Shown here: positions 13,502-24,442 of the stretch, one piece after another
Layout: every line of letters begins with the position of its first letter
How positions within the stretch are numbered: the stretch's first letter is position 1
Assembly (NCBI GenBank): GCA_043228905.1
Contig: JBHGNT010000010.1
Location: 8,742,001 to 8,806,000, forward strand
Direction: 5' to 3'
Origin: Azolla caroliniana
Lineage: Eukaryota > Plantae > Polypodiophyta
Length of the DNA stretch: 64,000 nt
Translations under genes and position numbers: made by a program
Notes under the pieces: generated by a model
What the model was told of the DNA's origin: nothing
What the model saw: only the letters and a program-made list of their open reading frames with translations
The model's database searches: none

Positions 13502-13516
13502 ACGTCGGGTTCACCA
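13502..13516 (-). promoter_or_regulatory. Primer binding site, tRNA-Trp
   Basis: The plus strand acgtcgggttcacca matches the 3' end of plant cytosolic tRNA-Trp(CCA) as I recall it; 4 nt from the LTR. Confidence 0.85.
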
Positions 13517-13650
13517 AAGATGTCGCGTTATTACGCGCATGTGTGGAGAAAGGCGGGACCACGGGGGTCTTGGACTAGGGAGTGATGGAGCGTGGGAAGT
13601 CGTGCTTCACCGTTTCCAGGGCATCCCAGAAGTACCCCTGAAGCAACCGA

Positions 13651-13698
<48 letters not shown>

Positions 13699-14278
13699 AC
13701 ACCGACTCACGCACGCACACACACACATGCCGACCCGACTCACGCCCTCATGTACAGGAAACGCAGGAAAGGGGGAGCACCCGACACCAACGAAGACGCG
13801 AATATACACAGACAGGCGCAACGTATATATATATATATATATATATAAGTTAAGAATACATTCCCGGCTTCGAGCCGTTCCAAGGTAGGTTACAGTAGTC
13901 GTCAGCTGCCAAGCCGCCGTCGGGGAGCTCAAGGGCTCGTTCAAGCAAACCCTAAGCGAACACGAAGGAGAAGACGAAGAAGAAGAAGAAGGTACTAACT
14001 CTAAACCTAACGGTATACCCTCTAATGCAAAATGGGCAACCCCTTTCACAAAGGGCGTTCCCTTCCTTTTATAGAACAAGGACAGGGATGCGTTACAATG
14101 TGGGATAAACCCCGACTTACATGGGATCGTCTGTCCCGACTTGACTACTCTTCGGCGCAATAAAGGCGCCCTCGATATTCACACTAAATGTACATGGGTG
14201 CGTACACACGCTGCACCCCGCCGATGTAGCCAGTGTTTCCCGATTTCCGCCTCTAGCCGAAATTCTTCACGACACCGT

Positions 14279-15074
14279 TCCGGTCCGGTGTCCGCTTCAA
14301 ATCGGTACCGTCGGTTTCCTTGTCTTTTCGGAAATACCAACAGTTCTTCTGGAAGTGTCCCGGCTTGCCGCAATAGAAGCAAGTAAGCCTCCCCCTTGAC
14401 TTTGACCATGTCCCCAACTTTTCCCGGTTCTGGGGTCTACGGTTCATGTGTCTTCCGCGTTCCGATTCGGTAAGGAGCGCTTTGGAGACGGAGCTCGTAT
14501 CCTTATCTTTCCGACGCGCCTCCTCATCTAGCAAGCTCGACTTCACTCTTGCTAGGGATAACCGTTTCCCTTCCGGCCCGGCGTTGCCCAAGGTAATAGC
14601 CAACGTCTCCCAGCTATCCGGGAGGGAACCAAGCAGGAGTAGCGCTAGTACCTCATCGGCGAGAGGTAATTCCAATGATGTTGCCTGGTGTATCAGCCCC
14701 TGGAAGGCATTCATGTGCTCCGCCATGCTGGAGCCATCTTGGTACCAGACTCTTACTAGCTTCCGGAATACCCAAACCTAGTTAACAACATTTTTGTTCT
14801 GAAACAAAATGCCGATCTTCTCCCAGAGCTCATGAGCCTTGCTCTCTTCATTGAAGTTGTTGTATAGGCTCATGTCGATGAAGCACCGTATGTACACCGT
14901 TGTCTACATGTGCATCACCTCCCATATCGTGGTGTCGATTTTGTCTGGTCTCTTTTCCTCGAACTGAACCGGCAACCAAAGATATTTAACCACGAGCATG
15001 TCCCTCATCTCCGACTTCCACACGGAATAGTTGTAACCAGTGAGCTTGAACATGCCTCCCAACGATTCGTCCAT
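14279..15074 (-). pseudogene. Copia gag of B1
   Basis: MFKLTGYNYSVWK.., LLLLGSLPDSWETL, zinc knuckle CFYCGKPGHFQKNC. Confidence 0.92.
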
Positions 15075-15104
15075 ATTCTGTGTCATTTCGCTCTGATACC
15101 AGTT

Positions 15105-15742
15105 TGACAGGAACACAGGCTCCTGATGAACAACACTCGGCCACAACCGAGCCTAGGATAAAACACAGAAAGCGGATAATGATCGCATGACACAGTGAAG
15201 AGAAGAGTACACAGGATGTTAACGTGGAAAACCCATGGCAGCCCACGGACTGCAAACTATCACTATATCAGAATGTACAATAGTAGAGCACCGAGGCGAC
15301 GACCTCGAGCTTGCTATCTTCGCCACAAGCGGCGGTTTCAACAGAGGCAACGACCTCTTCTTCTCTCTCTCTCTCTCTCTCTCTCTGTACACAGTTACGC
15401 GCTCTAATTTTGCGCCAACAAGAATGACAACAACATCTTAATCTAAGTCTACCCTAAGTCATATTTATACTAATATGACTTTTCGGCTATTTACAAATAT
15501 AGCCCCGATGGACTCTCACCGGTGAGCACTTCTCACCGGGTCTGCATCATCCGACGCTTGTCGGGTTCTCCTCATCCGGTTCTCATTGGGTTTTCCGTAG
15601 CCGGGTACTCTTCATCCGATTCTCACCGGGTCTTCCGTAGCCGGGTACTCCTCATCCGGTTCTCACCGGGTCTTCCATAACCGGGTACTCTTCATCCGGT
15701 TCTGATCAGGTCATCGCATCCGGAGGGACCTATTTCCTAACA
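15105..15742 (-). repeat. 5' LTR of B1
   Basis: Adjacent to gctctgatacca (reverse complement of the tRNAi-Met PBS tggtatcagagc). Confidence 0.95.
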
Positions 15743-15819
15743 TCTCTCTCACTCTCTCCTTGGTCCAAGACCCCCATGGTCCCACCTCTTCTTACACGCG
15801 AACGTGAAACTTCGCGACA

Positions 15820-16556
15820 ACGTGCAATTCCACCGCTTGGGCTGCCCATGCCATCCATCCTTTGTCTAGCGCCATTTTCAATTGCGCTGTGAACCTCTCC
15901 CGATTCGTTTGTAGAAGGATCCGCACGTTGTATGTGATGGCCTGGCAACGGTTGCGTGCTTCATCCACCAATTTCTTGAGGTTTGCAATTTCTTGTTGAC
16001 TATTTGCCGCCGCTTCTTCGTACATGCTCTTTAGGCCCGCCCACAACTGAGATTCCTTCGCATGAAGTTCTTCTAATTTCCCCATTTCATTGTTTAGGCG
16101 GATTTTGAGCTGATGCCTTCTTTCCTGTTCACGCACCAACTGCTTGTCGAACCACACCTTCTTTTTCTCCAATAAGGTCCGGAGTCCCATGATTGCCGCC
16201 TCCGATTTCTTCGCCTCCTCCCTTAATTAGGTGTTTTCTTCTTTTGTCTGGGTGTGCTGTGTTGTCTCTGCAACAAGTTTCTCTTCAAGGGTTTTTAATG
16301 CCTTTCGGCTGTTGGCCCCGATGTCCTTTTCCCTGTCTGAGGATTGGTGAAGTTCAGCGCAAAGGCGGTCAATTTCTCATTCTGCTAGTTGTACGGCCCT
16401 ACTCTAGTGGGCTTGAGATCTGTGATAGGATGGAGGAGAAGGTGAGGGAGGGGAGCGATGAGAGCGCTGAGAGTTAGGAGGTGGGTTTCTGTTTTCTGCA
16501 GAAGATCTTCTATTTCTTTCTTTTTGTGGCCTAGGGTTCATTGGGCGGTGAGCCAT
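15820..16556 (-). pseudogene. Extra ORF 3' of integrase (Pro/Ser/Arg-rich N-terminus, then coiled-coil-like)
   Basis: ORFs 16404-16598 and 15792-16190 share one frame broken only by TAG, TGA and TAA; cut by G1 at 15819. Confidence 0.7.
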
Positions 16557-18956
16557 CGTGGTGCCACGTGTTCTTGATCTAGAAGTCTGTGCATGCATTC
16601 AGTCATTTTTTAATAACATCGCTATCTTCTCCTTCTTTTTTTCCGTTCCAGTTACATACAACCTATTTTTACATTATGATACAAGTGGGGCCGTCCACTT
16701 ACGCCATGGGTTCTCCGGCTTTGTCCTGTCCGACGGTAAATGGGTTAGGTGGCGTACGGCCCAGGTAAGGTTTAAGGTGGAACCCATTCACCTTTTGTCG
16801 TAAGACTTCCCTGGACAGCGTGCCTAGTTTGAACGTGCCGTGTTCCGCTCCTATTATCCAGTACGGGCCTGCCCAGCGGAATCATAACTTCCTTGGCATA
16901 TGGCCCATGCGGGTTTGGAAAACTAGTACCGCTCAACCGATCGAGAAATCCTTTTCCCATGCGTTCCGATGTTGATCCACAAACGCTTTACGCTAACGTT
17001 GTCCCTGCTCCAACACAGCCATGCTATGTACGCGTTTTCGCCGAGTTCGAGTAGTTGGTGGAGCCGTACCTCCTCCGACTTGGCTTCCGATAGTTGGTCC
17101 CGTACCTGAATGCGTAGAGTGGGTATCTGAAACTCTACCGGCATCACAGCCTCCAACCCAAACGCTAGCCGAAACGGTGTTGACTATATGCTTGTTTTGT
17201 AGCTGGTTTTGTACACCCATAACGCACTCTGTAATTTGGTAACCCAATCCGTTCTATTTTCATTGACGATTTTCTTTAAGATGGTCTGCAACGTCTTGTT
17301 GGTGGATTTCGCTAACCCATTCGCCTATGGATAATATGGCGTACTCTTCTTGTGGACTACGGCGTAATGATGTGTTAGTTCTCGAACAACCATATTGAGA
17401 AAGTGGCTCCCTTGGTCACTGATAAGCTCAATCAGACAGTCGAACCGGCACCAGATGTGCTTGTAAAGGAATCTCGCTATGACAACCACCGTATTTTCTC
17501 GTAGTGCCTTTGCTTCTACCCACTTGGTGCAATAATCCGTGGCTAGCAATATGTATTTATTGCCCGTACGGGCCGCCGCTGGTGTGAAGGGGCCCACAAA
17601 ATCCAATCCCCACTTTTGGAAGGGGTCTAATGGTAATACGGGTTGGTGTGGCATCCTTGCGCCCTCCGTGGGTTGGCCCATCCGTTGACACAAATCACAC
17701 TTTCTGCAATACTCATATGCGGCCTTCTATGTAGTCGGCCACCATAGGACCACCTACCATATTTTCCGAGCTGTAACATCACCTGCGTAACGGCCACCTG
17801 TCGTGCCGCAGTGAGCCTCCCGTAAGACAGCTTCTTTCTCATTGTGACGTACCTTGCGTCGCCAAATGCCATCACTTCCTTTGTGATATAAAATTCCTTC
17901 TACCAGGCAGAAGTTACAACTTCGGACGGCTAATCGTTTCTTCTCGTCCGGGCGTAATTGTGGTGGAGGCAGTCTCGTAGTAAAAAAGTATGTCATTTCC
18001 ATAAGCCATCGGTCCGGAAAGGTCGATTCCGTTCTTTCTGCTAGTGCTGCGACCCGTAGAATGTCACTCGCCCATCCAATGTTAACCTGAACTCCATCAT
18101 TTTGGACTGGTGTGCTACCGCCTCAGAAAGGCGCTACGCCATGTGGTTTGCATTCCAAACATTGAGGAACATGCAAATATGAGTTGCGGCATTGGTTTCG
18201 CCGTTAAAACGGGGATAGGCAAAGGCCATGTTGGGGGCTATGGCAGGTCGGGAAAGACCACAATGTTGCTGTGGTGAGCGTGTTCCCCGCGAGGTATTTG
18301 GAGAGCGGAAAATCACCTTTGTGATCACGACAGGTAGTGTTGAGGTCGTTGAGGCGAGGCTTTTGCCGTGCGCAAACCTCTGCCTGGCGTGTGATGGACC
18401 TTATGATTGGCCGGTCTAGTCATGTTGGTTCTTTGGGGAGTCGGTGGCTAAACATCCATTCGTTGTTGTTCGTCCGTGAGAAGACACAGATCACCAAGCG
18501 TGCCAAAAGTGTTACCGATAAGGAACACGGTCTACGGTCAGTCCTTCGACCTAGACCTCCAAGTGACTGTGTGACAACGAACAATAGCGTATGTGCGTAA
18601 TCCGTAGGGGAATGTTCCCCATAACCTAGCAGCGTATAAGGGAGACGGCTACAACCGAGCTCCTTAACAGTGGCTACACTCTCACCGTTGCTTACTTCTA
18701 CACTCTCAGGTTTACAGACACACAGTAGATTAGTCGTAGCTATACACAGATATCAGAGAAGATAGAATTCTATTACGATACGCTTCTTTACATTCCAAAA
18801 TTACACGCTACCTCTATCAGAGGTTTTCTGCCCTTTATATACGTAGGGTCTTTTATCCGTTCACGCTTCTCGCGTGAACCGTTACATGCATTACAATCTT
18901 ATACTATTTCCTATTCCTGCGCTTTTGTTCGTCGGTTACTATTCCGGCGGGCAACA
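15820..18956 (-). mobile_element. Ty3/Gypsy Tat/Athila-type element T1, internally deleted, 3' end missing
   Basis: LTR 18510-18956 (tgttacc..ggcaaca), degenerate tRNA-Arg-type PBS 18491-18505 (tggcacgc..), gag stub (YPRFNGETNAATHI), integrase at about 16770-18010 (WGLDFVGP, TDYCTKWVEAKAL), extra 3' ORF. Confidence 0.85.
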
Positions 18957-20174
18957 TGCAGTGGCTACATAGGCAGCTGAACAACGATGGTCGAAGACGG
19001 AGCCAAAGACAGAGATAGAGATGAAGACGCGGACGGGATGACAACAACGACATCCAAATGGCGGCGATGCAGGACATCGACAACCGGATGACGGCCGACA
19101 CAGGCAACAAACAGCGATGGCGACGACTGGACAGGCCGATAGAGACAACGACAACGATGGAGCAAGCCGGACATGCGCTTGAATAGTGGACGGGCCAGAT
19201 CGGACGAACACATCCGGATCGGACAACGAAGAACGACCGAAGTGGCTAGACAGAAGCCGGAGTGGCCGGAGTGATCGGAGAGCGGCGAGAATGGCCGGAA
19301 TGGCAGAACATCGGTCAAAGTGGCCAAACAACACCGGAACGGAGATGGCGACTAGACAAACGGATGACGCCGGACAATGATTAAGATGGAGATGGACAAA
19401 CATTGGCCGGACCGACGATTGATGCAGTTGGACACATGAATGGGACGACGACGAGAGAAACAAACAGACGAAGAGTTAGAACGAACAGACAATCAAATAA
19501 ATGACCAACAGAGACTAACAGCGGCCGAATAGACAGCCAGTTCAACAACGGCCAAATCGACGACCAAAAGGCATAGAGGCAGTCAGATAAGGCCGAGATA
19601 GTGGGACGAAAAGCGGCTGAACACTGGAAATGCAACAGCCGAAGTGGTGACCGCATAGCAGAACAACAACAGAGATGGACGGCGAGGCGATGGCGACAGA
19701 CAACAACAATGACAAAGACGAACGAAGCAATAGAGATGAACGAGAAAGCAAACTGAGAAAAACAGAAAGAAGAAAGAAGAAGATAAATGAAGCAGAAAAT
19801 AAGAAGAAGAGAGAAGAGCAATGTAGAGAAAAAGAAGAATAAGATAAAGAAGGAACAGAAAAGGAAGAAGAAGAAGAAAGAGAAGAAGCATCGCAACAAC
19901 TACAGAAGAGAAGCAGACGACAAGGAAGAAAGAGAGGACGAAGACAACGAAGATGCAACGACAAGAGAGAAAACATAAGCAGAGAAGAGAGAAGAAGACA
20001 AATACAAAAGGGAAGGTAAAAATGACCTAAAAGCAAAAGAGAGAGAAAAAGATAAAATAGGGGTATGAGACCAATTTTTGAAACCCTGAGGGTATTGAGT
20101 TAAAGTTCAAAAACTGGAGCGTACATAATTAAAATTGTACAAACCAAAGGGCACCTACGAAATTTCGAAAACTC
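18957..20174. mobile_element. Probable MULE (Mutator-like) terminus with low-complexity subterminal region
   Basis: The reverse complement from 20174 begins gagttttcg.. and has repeated (at)accc/gccc motifs over about 120 bp, like MULE TIRs. The partner TIR is absent, so this is unproven. Confidence 0.45.
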
Positions 20175-21360
20175 ATCAACCTAAAAGAAATGGACGCGAT
20201 CGACACACAACTCACAAAATCAACAAAAGGAAGATACACATACACACAACGTTTTTGGACCCATGATATCTGAAAGAGTGATGATAGAAAGATAAGATAA
20301 AGAAGATATATAAATCTAAAACTACAAAGATCTATTGATCATGAAAGAAGGAAGAGAGAAAGAAGATACAACTACAAATATCTATTGATAAGAATTTAAT
20401 CAACACTACATGAATTGGAAAGAAACCACCGTGACAAGAAAGAGACCCCCCTACCACCTTACTCTTCTTGCTTTATATAAAGTTCTTTTCCACTAGATAA
20501 GTTTCCCTTGCTTTCTTTTTTATGCTTTTTTTAGAGTTTTTCATCGAGTCCTATTCTTATCTATGACATAGCAATCTTCAAATCGTCATATCTCTTTCGT
20601 CCGAGCTCCAAATTTAGAGCTTTAAAAAGATATGGATAGCTCTCTTCACAAGCTTTCTAACCCATGGTTGCCCATTATATTTATCTTCCAAACAAATGAG
20701 TTATGAGCGTTCGTTGTAGACTGTGTTTTGGTGGCCCGCGTTTTTCTTCTTTTACTTTTCTCCATCTTTCTAGCTTTTAGTTTGACTTATCCTCCAAACC
20801 TTAGCTCATGTTCTTGGCCTCCGGATGTGAATGCTCCATACCTTATATTTTTGTAGTGTCCAATACCTTGAATTCTAAAATCACTATCACAATATCAATG
20901 TTCGTGAACCGACAGAATGAGAATGTTCGTGTTGATAAAGTCGTTGACCGAAGGAGATGTTCGAGTCAAGCGCTCCGATTGAGGGAGTTGATTGTTGAGA
21001 CAACCGATGGAAATTTCGGTCGAAGAAAGATTATGGTCAAGGCATAAGGGATCGACGTGCAAGGCACTCTCCCACGGGTGTGCCATATTGTGTTACCGTA
21101 CGAGATGTACGGGTGATTGATAAGTGTGATAAGTGAGGGTGAAAGATGTAATGTGTTGATATGTATGTGTAATTTTATACGATTATGAGTGTGAATGTAA
21201 GTGTGAGTGTGGTGGATACAAAGAGGTGTGAGTAGTGACTAGGTGTGAATGCCAAGGGGGCTTGCAACCTTGTGTATCTACCCCTTTGTACCTATTTAAC
21301 CCCTTATGGGGAATGAATGAACACAAGGAACATTTCTCTCTGAATCTCTCTCTCTCTCTT

Positions 21361-21399
<39 letters not shown>

Positions 21400-21613
21400 T
21401 ACGTTGAACCCCCTTGGGAGGGGGGTGGAGCCATTCTAGGCACCACCCTCCACCCCTCAATGCTTGTCTTGTTGTTCATGATCTCTCTCACCATCATACC
21501 ATTCATCATCTTCATTATTATCATCAATCATCCCAACGCTCATCGCATACACCATCTCCATCATCAATAATCATTATCATAAATATTAACCCTAACCCTA
21601 AAAACCTATAGCA
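20175..21613 (-). mobile_element. 5' part of tRNA-Arg-primed LTR element T2 (LTR, PBS, non-coding leader)
   Basis: LTR 21091-21613 (tgctatagg..cggtaaca on minus), PBS tggcacacccgtggga at 21070-21085; the U5 end matches that of T1. Confidence 0.8.
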
Positions 21614-24139
21614 CTTTAAGATTCACTTGTTGTGAAAAATTTACCAAAATTTGCTCCATGAGAGAATTAAAGTGAGGCTGAAGCAAAAGAGAAGAGTTAA
21701 AGCATAATGGAGGCTTTCCAAGTAAGGATTTATACATGTCAATTGTATGACTACAAATCTCCAAACAAATAGGAAAGTGATCTGAAGTTCCTACATCTTG
21801 TAAAACTATCATACGAAGTGATGTTGGTAAAAAAGAATCATTGTGCATCACATACATTCTATCTAAACAACTGCATGTTTGTTTATGTTGAGCGGATTGG
21901 AAGTAAAACCTAGATCATTCCCATGCAACCATGTCCAAACATCCAACTTCAAAACCTCCATAGCCAATGAATCCCAAGCAAGTTGCTCAGGATCATCCAT
22001 GATTGAATGTTCAGACGTCGATTGAGATGCATCAACACACATGTTAAAATCACTCATAAGTAATCTTGGACGGCCCACACATAGGGTTTGCCGGAGTGAG
22101 CCCCATAATGCAATACATTGAGTGGCTTGGTTAGGGGCATAAATCCCAACCACCCACACAACCTCGCCAAAAAAAGTGATTTCTAGAACCCAAAACCGGC
22201 CATAAGGATAATTATGCACCACCTGAGGAAAATACTTATCCCGCATGATTAATACCACAGTCGAATAATGATTATTAACATGTCCTGCATAGAATGATGA
22301 ATATCCACGCAAATGAACTGTGGATCCTATTAACTCATGACACTTATGGCTCAACTGCACAGAATATATCCCATTCTTTACTTAATAAAGTTTGCCATAA
22401 TATATACTTCTTATGAGGAGAACATGCCCCTCCCAGATTCCATGTTACCACTTTCATTCAGTCAACAATGTTATGGGTGCACTTGCTCCTTTAGAGCAAC
22501 CAATGTCATGAAACTAGTGAAAGCATGTTCAAATGTTGCATATGGATTTTCATGCACCACATCCTTAGAGTTGTCTATCGAACTCTTTTGTTTAGGTTCT
22601 CCCGTTTGACGAAAACCTCGAGAATTCGATGAATTTACAATCCGTCCCAATGAATCAAATTGAAGGTGAAGGGGTAATCCCTTATCCTTAAATTGTCTTT
22701 ACCAAGGAACTTTTCGAGGACCCTCCCTAGTTCCTGAATTACTTTTCCAAGTAGTCTCACGAGTAGTGGGCAAACTATTACGTTACATATTCATTGATTT
22801 GCCCTTCCACTTACCCTTAACATGATGCCAATCCTTTTCAACAATAACATCATTACTAGTTCTATCCAACGGTTTTTTCCCCTTATCTATAACCACCAAA
22901 TTTTGTTTTTCCATATCCATAGATTGAGTTCCCTTATTCTTAGGGCCCAAACCTTGAAGTGAAACCTCTTTATAACCTGCTCTAGATTATGTTCCTTCAT
23001 CCATAACAACCACCATATCTGACACACCAACATCTCCCCCAACTCCTTCCTTACCATTCCCTTCATTAGGAGCCTCTATAGTTGAAGGACAATGACGATG
23101 GCATTCCACCATAAAGTGACCCCATTCACCACATCCAAAACAGTGACTTGCAAATGTCGCCCAGTTCAATTTAAAACAAAGTCTTTTCATTCCAAGTGTG
23201 TTCATATGCACCCATCCTGGCCTCTTACGACTTGTATCCCATAACACACAAAATCTGCACTTATTTGTAGCATTTGCATGTGGAGATACCAACACTTCAC
23301 CCATTTGACTCATCAACTCTGGTAAAAGTGACCATAAGAAAGCATGCTTACAATCCATTGTTACCCAAACAGGGCATTCTTGTTTCAACAAAGCATGATA
23401 GTCCACAACAGGGGACCATTACATTACATGCACCAATCGTTTATCAAAAAACACTGGAACTTTAGCCAATAGTGCACTTCGATGTTCCGATGAACGAAAC
23501 ACTACATCATTAAACTGCTCGTAGTCCTCCATATATATTTTCAACACAATTTGGTGACACGATTGAGAACCATTGTTTAATCCATTAATGTATGGGAGTT
23601 TCCCAATAGAAAACAATATAACTTCATGATCATAGAATACATCAAAAGATTGCAACACTACCTTAGCATCCACATCATGCACATCCTCATCATTGCATTC
23701 TTTCACTGCATTTTCATTTTCTTCCACAGTATCAGACAATAAGGTATTGGCAATTCCCCATAAAGTATCCCAATTACAATTATCCTTGTTAGCCTCATCT
23801 ACATGTATTACTTCAACATATGTCGCTTTTTTCTCATTAATTTCGTCAATGCCCTTAAAACTCTTAGAGCTTCCAATGTCTTCCCTTTCACGATTACATT
23901 CAACCATCAGATTACTCTTTTTTGGATCAATTGTTTCCATATCGATGTCCCCCACAATTTGAGAGGACTGCATGTTTAAATCCATTATTCTTGACGTGAC
24001 AGTGATCTGGGATAAAAACAATTTTTCATGAACAAGAAAGAAAATCAAAACTCACCCGATTGAAGAGGTTGAAGATGATGAATACAATTGAAGACCCGCA
24101 ATGTGTGTTGAGTATGTGGATGCCAACAACACAAGATTT
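21614..24139 (-). mobile_element. L1-clade LINE 5' part (ORF1 and endonuclease), decayed
   Basis: ORF1 zinc knuckle CFGCGEWGHFMVEC; APE endonuclease motifs GIYAPN, DFN, SDHFPI. Confidence 0.88.
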
Positions 24140-24410
24140 TGACAGGAACACACGCTCCCGATGAACAACGCTCGGCCACAACCGAGCATAGCATAAAACA
24201 CAGAAAACGGATAATGAATGTAGGACATAGTGAAGAGAAGAGCACAGGATGTTAACATGGAAAACCCAAACTAGGGAAAAACCACGACAACCCACAGACT
24301 GCAAACTATCACTATATCAGAATGTACAATAGTAGAGCACCGAGGCAACGACCTCGAGCTTGCTATCTTCACCACAGGCGACAGTTACAAAAGAGGCAAT
24401 GACCTCTTCT

Positions 24411-24442
<32 letters not shown>

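Larger units (their letters stand above)
9434..14274 (-). mobile_element. Non-autonomous Gypsy-type element G2 (gag-like ORF only), related to G1
   Basis: Near-identical LTRs 9434-10236 and 13521-14274, 4-bp TSD ccgt (9430-9433 / 14275-14278; the empty site is seen in B2 near 28420), tRNA-Trp PBS, PPT at about 10237-10262 similar to that of G1; no RT or RNase H motifs found. Confidence 0.93.
5457..15742 (-). mobile_element. Ty1/Copia element B1, full structure, interrupted by G2
   Basis: LTRs 5457-6174 and 15105-15742 (tgac..aaca), TSD tctct (5452-5456 / 15743-15747), Met PBS 15090-15101, PPT from 6177, gag-PR-INT-RT-RH order on the minus strand. Confidence 0.96.
3302..15819 (+). mobile_element. 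Ty3/Gypsy element G1 (5'-deleted, possibly Phygy-like); 3' LTR split by Copia B1
   Basis: RNase H end and integrase at 3302-4786, G-rich PPT ending 4855, LTR 4856-5456 (tgtcgtgaag..) resuming at 15748-15819 (..cttcgcgaca). Confidence 0.88.

Noticed and set aside
10385-13853. Many overlapping plus-strand ORFs in G2
   Set aside because: GC-rich shadow frames with no recognisable domains.
19381-20036. Hydrophobic membrane-protein ORFs on the minus strand
   Set aside because: Artefact of an A/G-rich low-complexity plus strand; open in all three frames.
2983-21613. A single giant TIR or DIRS-type element bounded by inverted repeats
   Set aside because: The right repeat is a normal LTR with its own PBS, the two copies are diverged, and there is no TSD or tyrosine recombinase.
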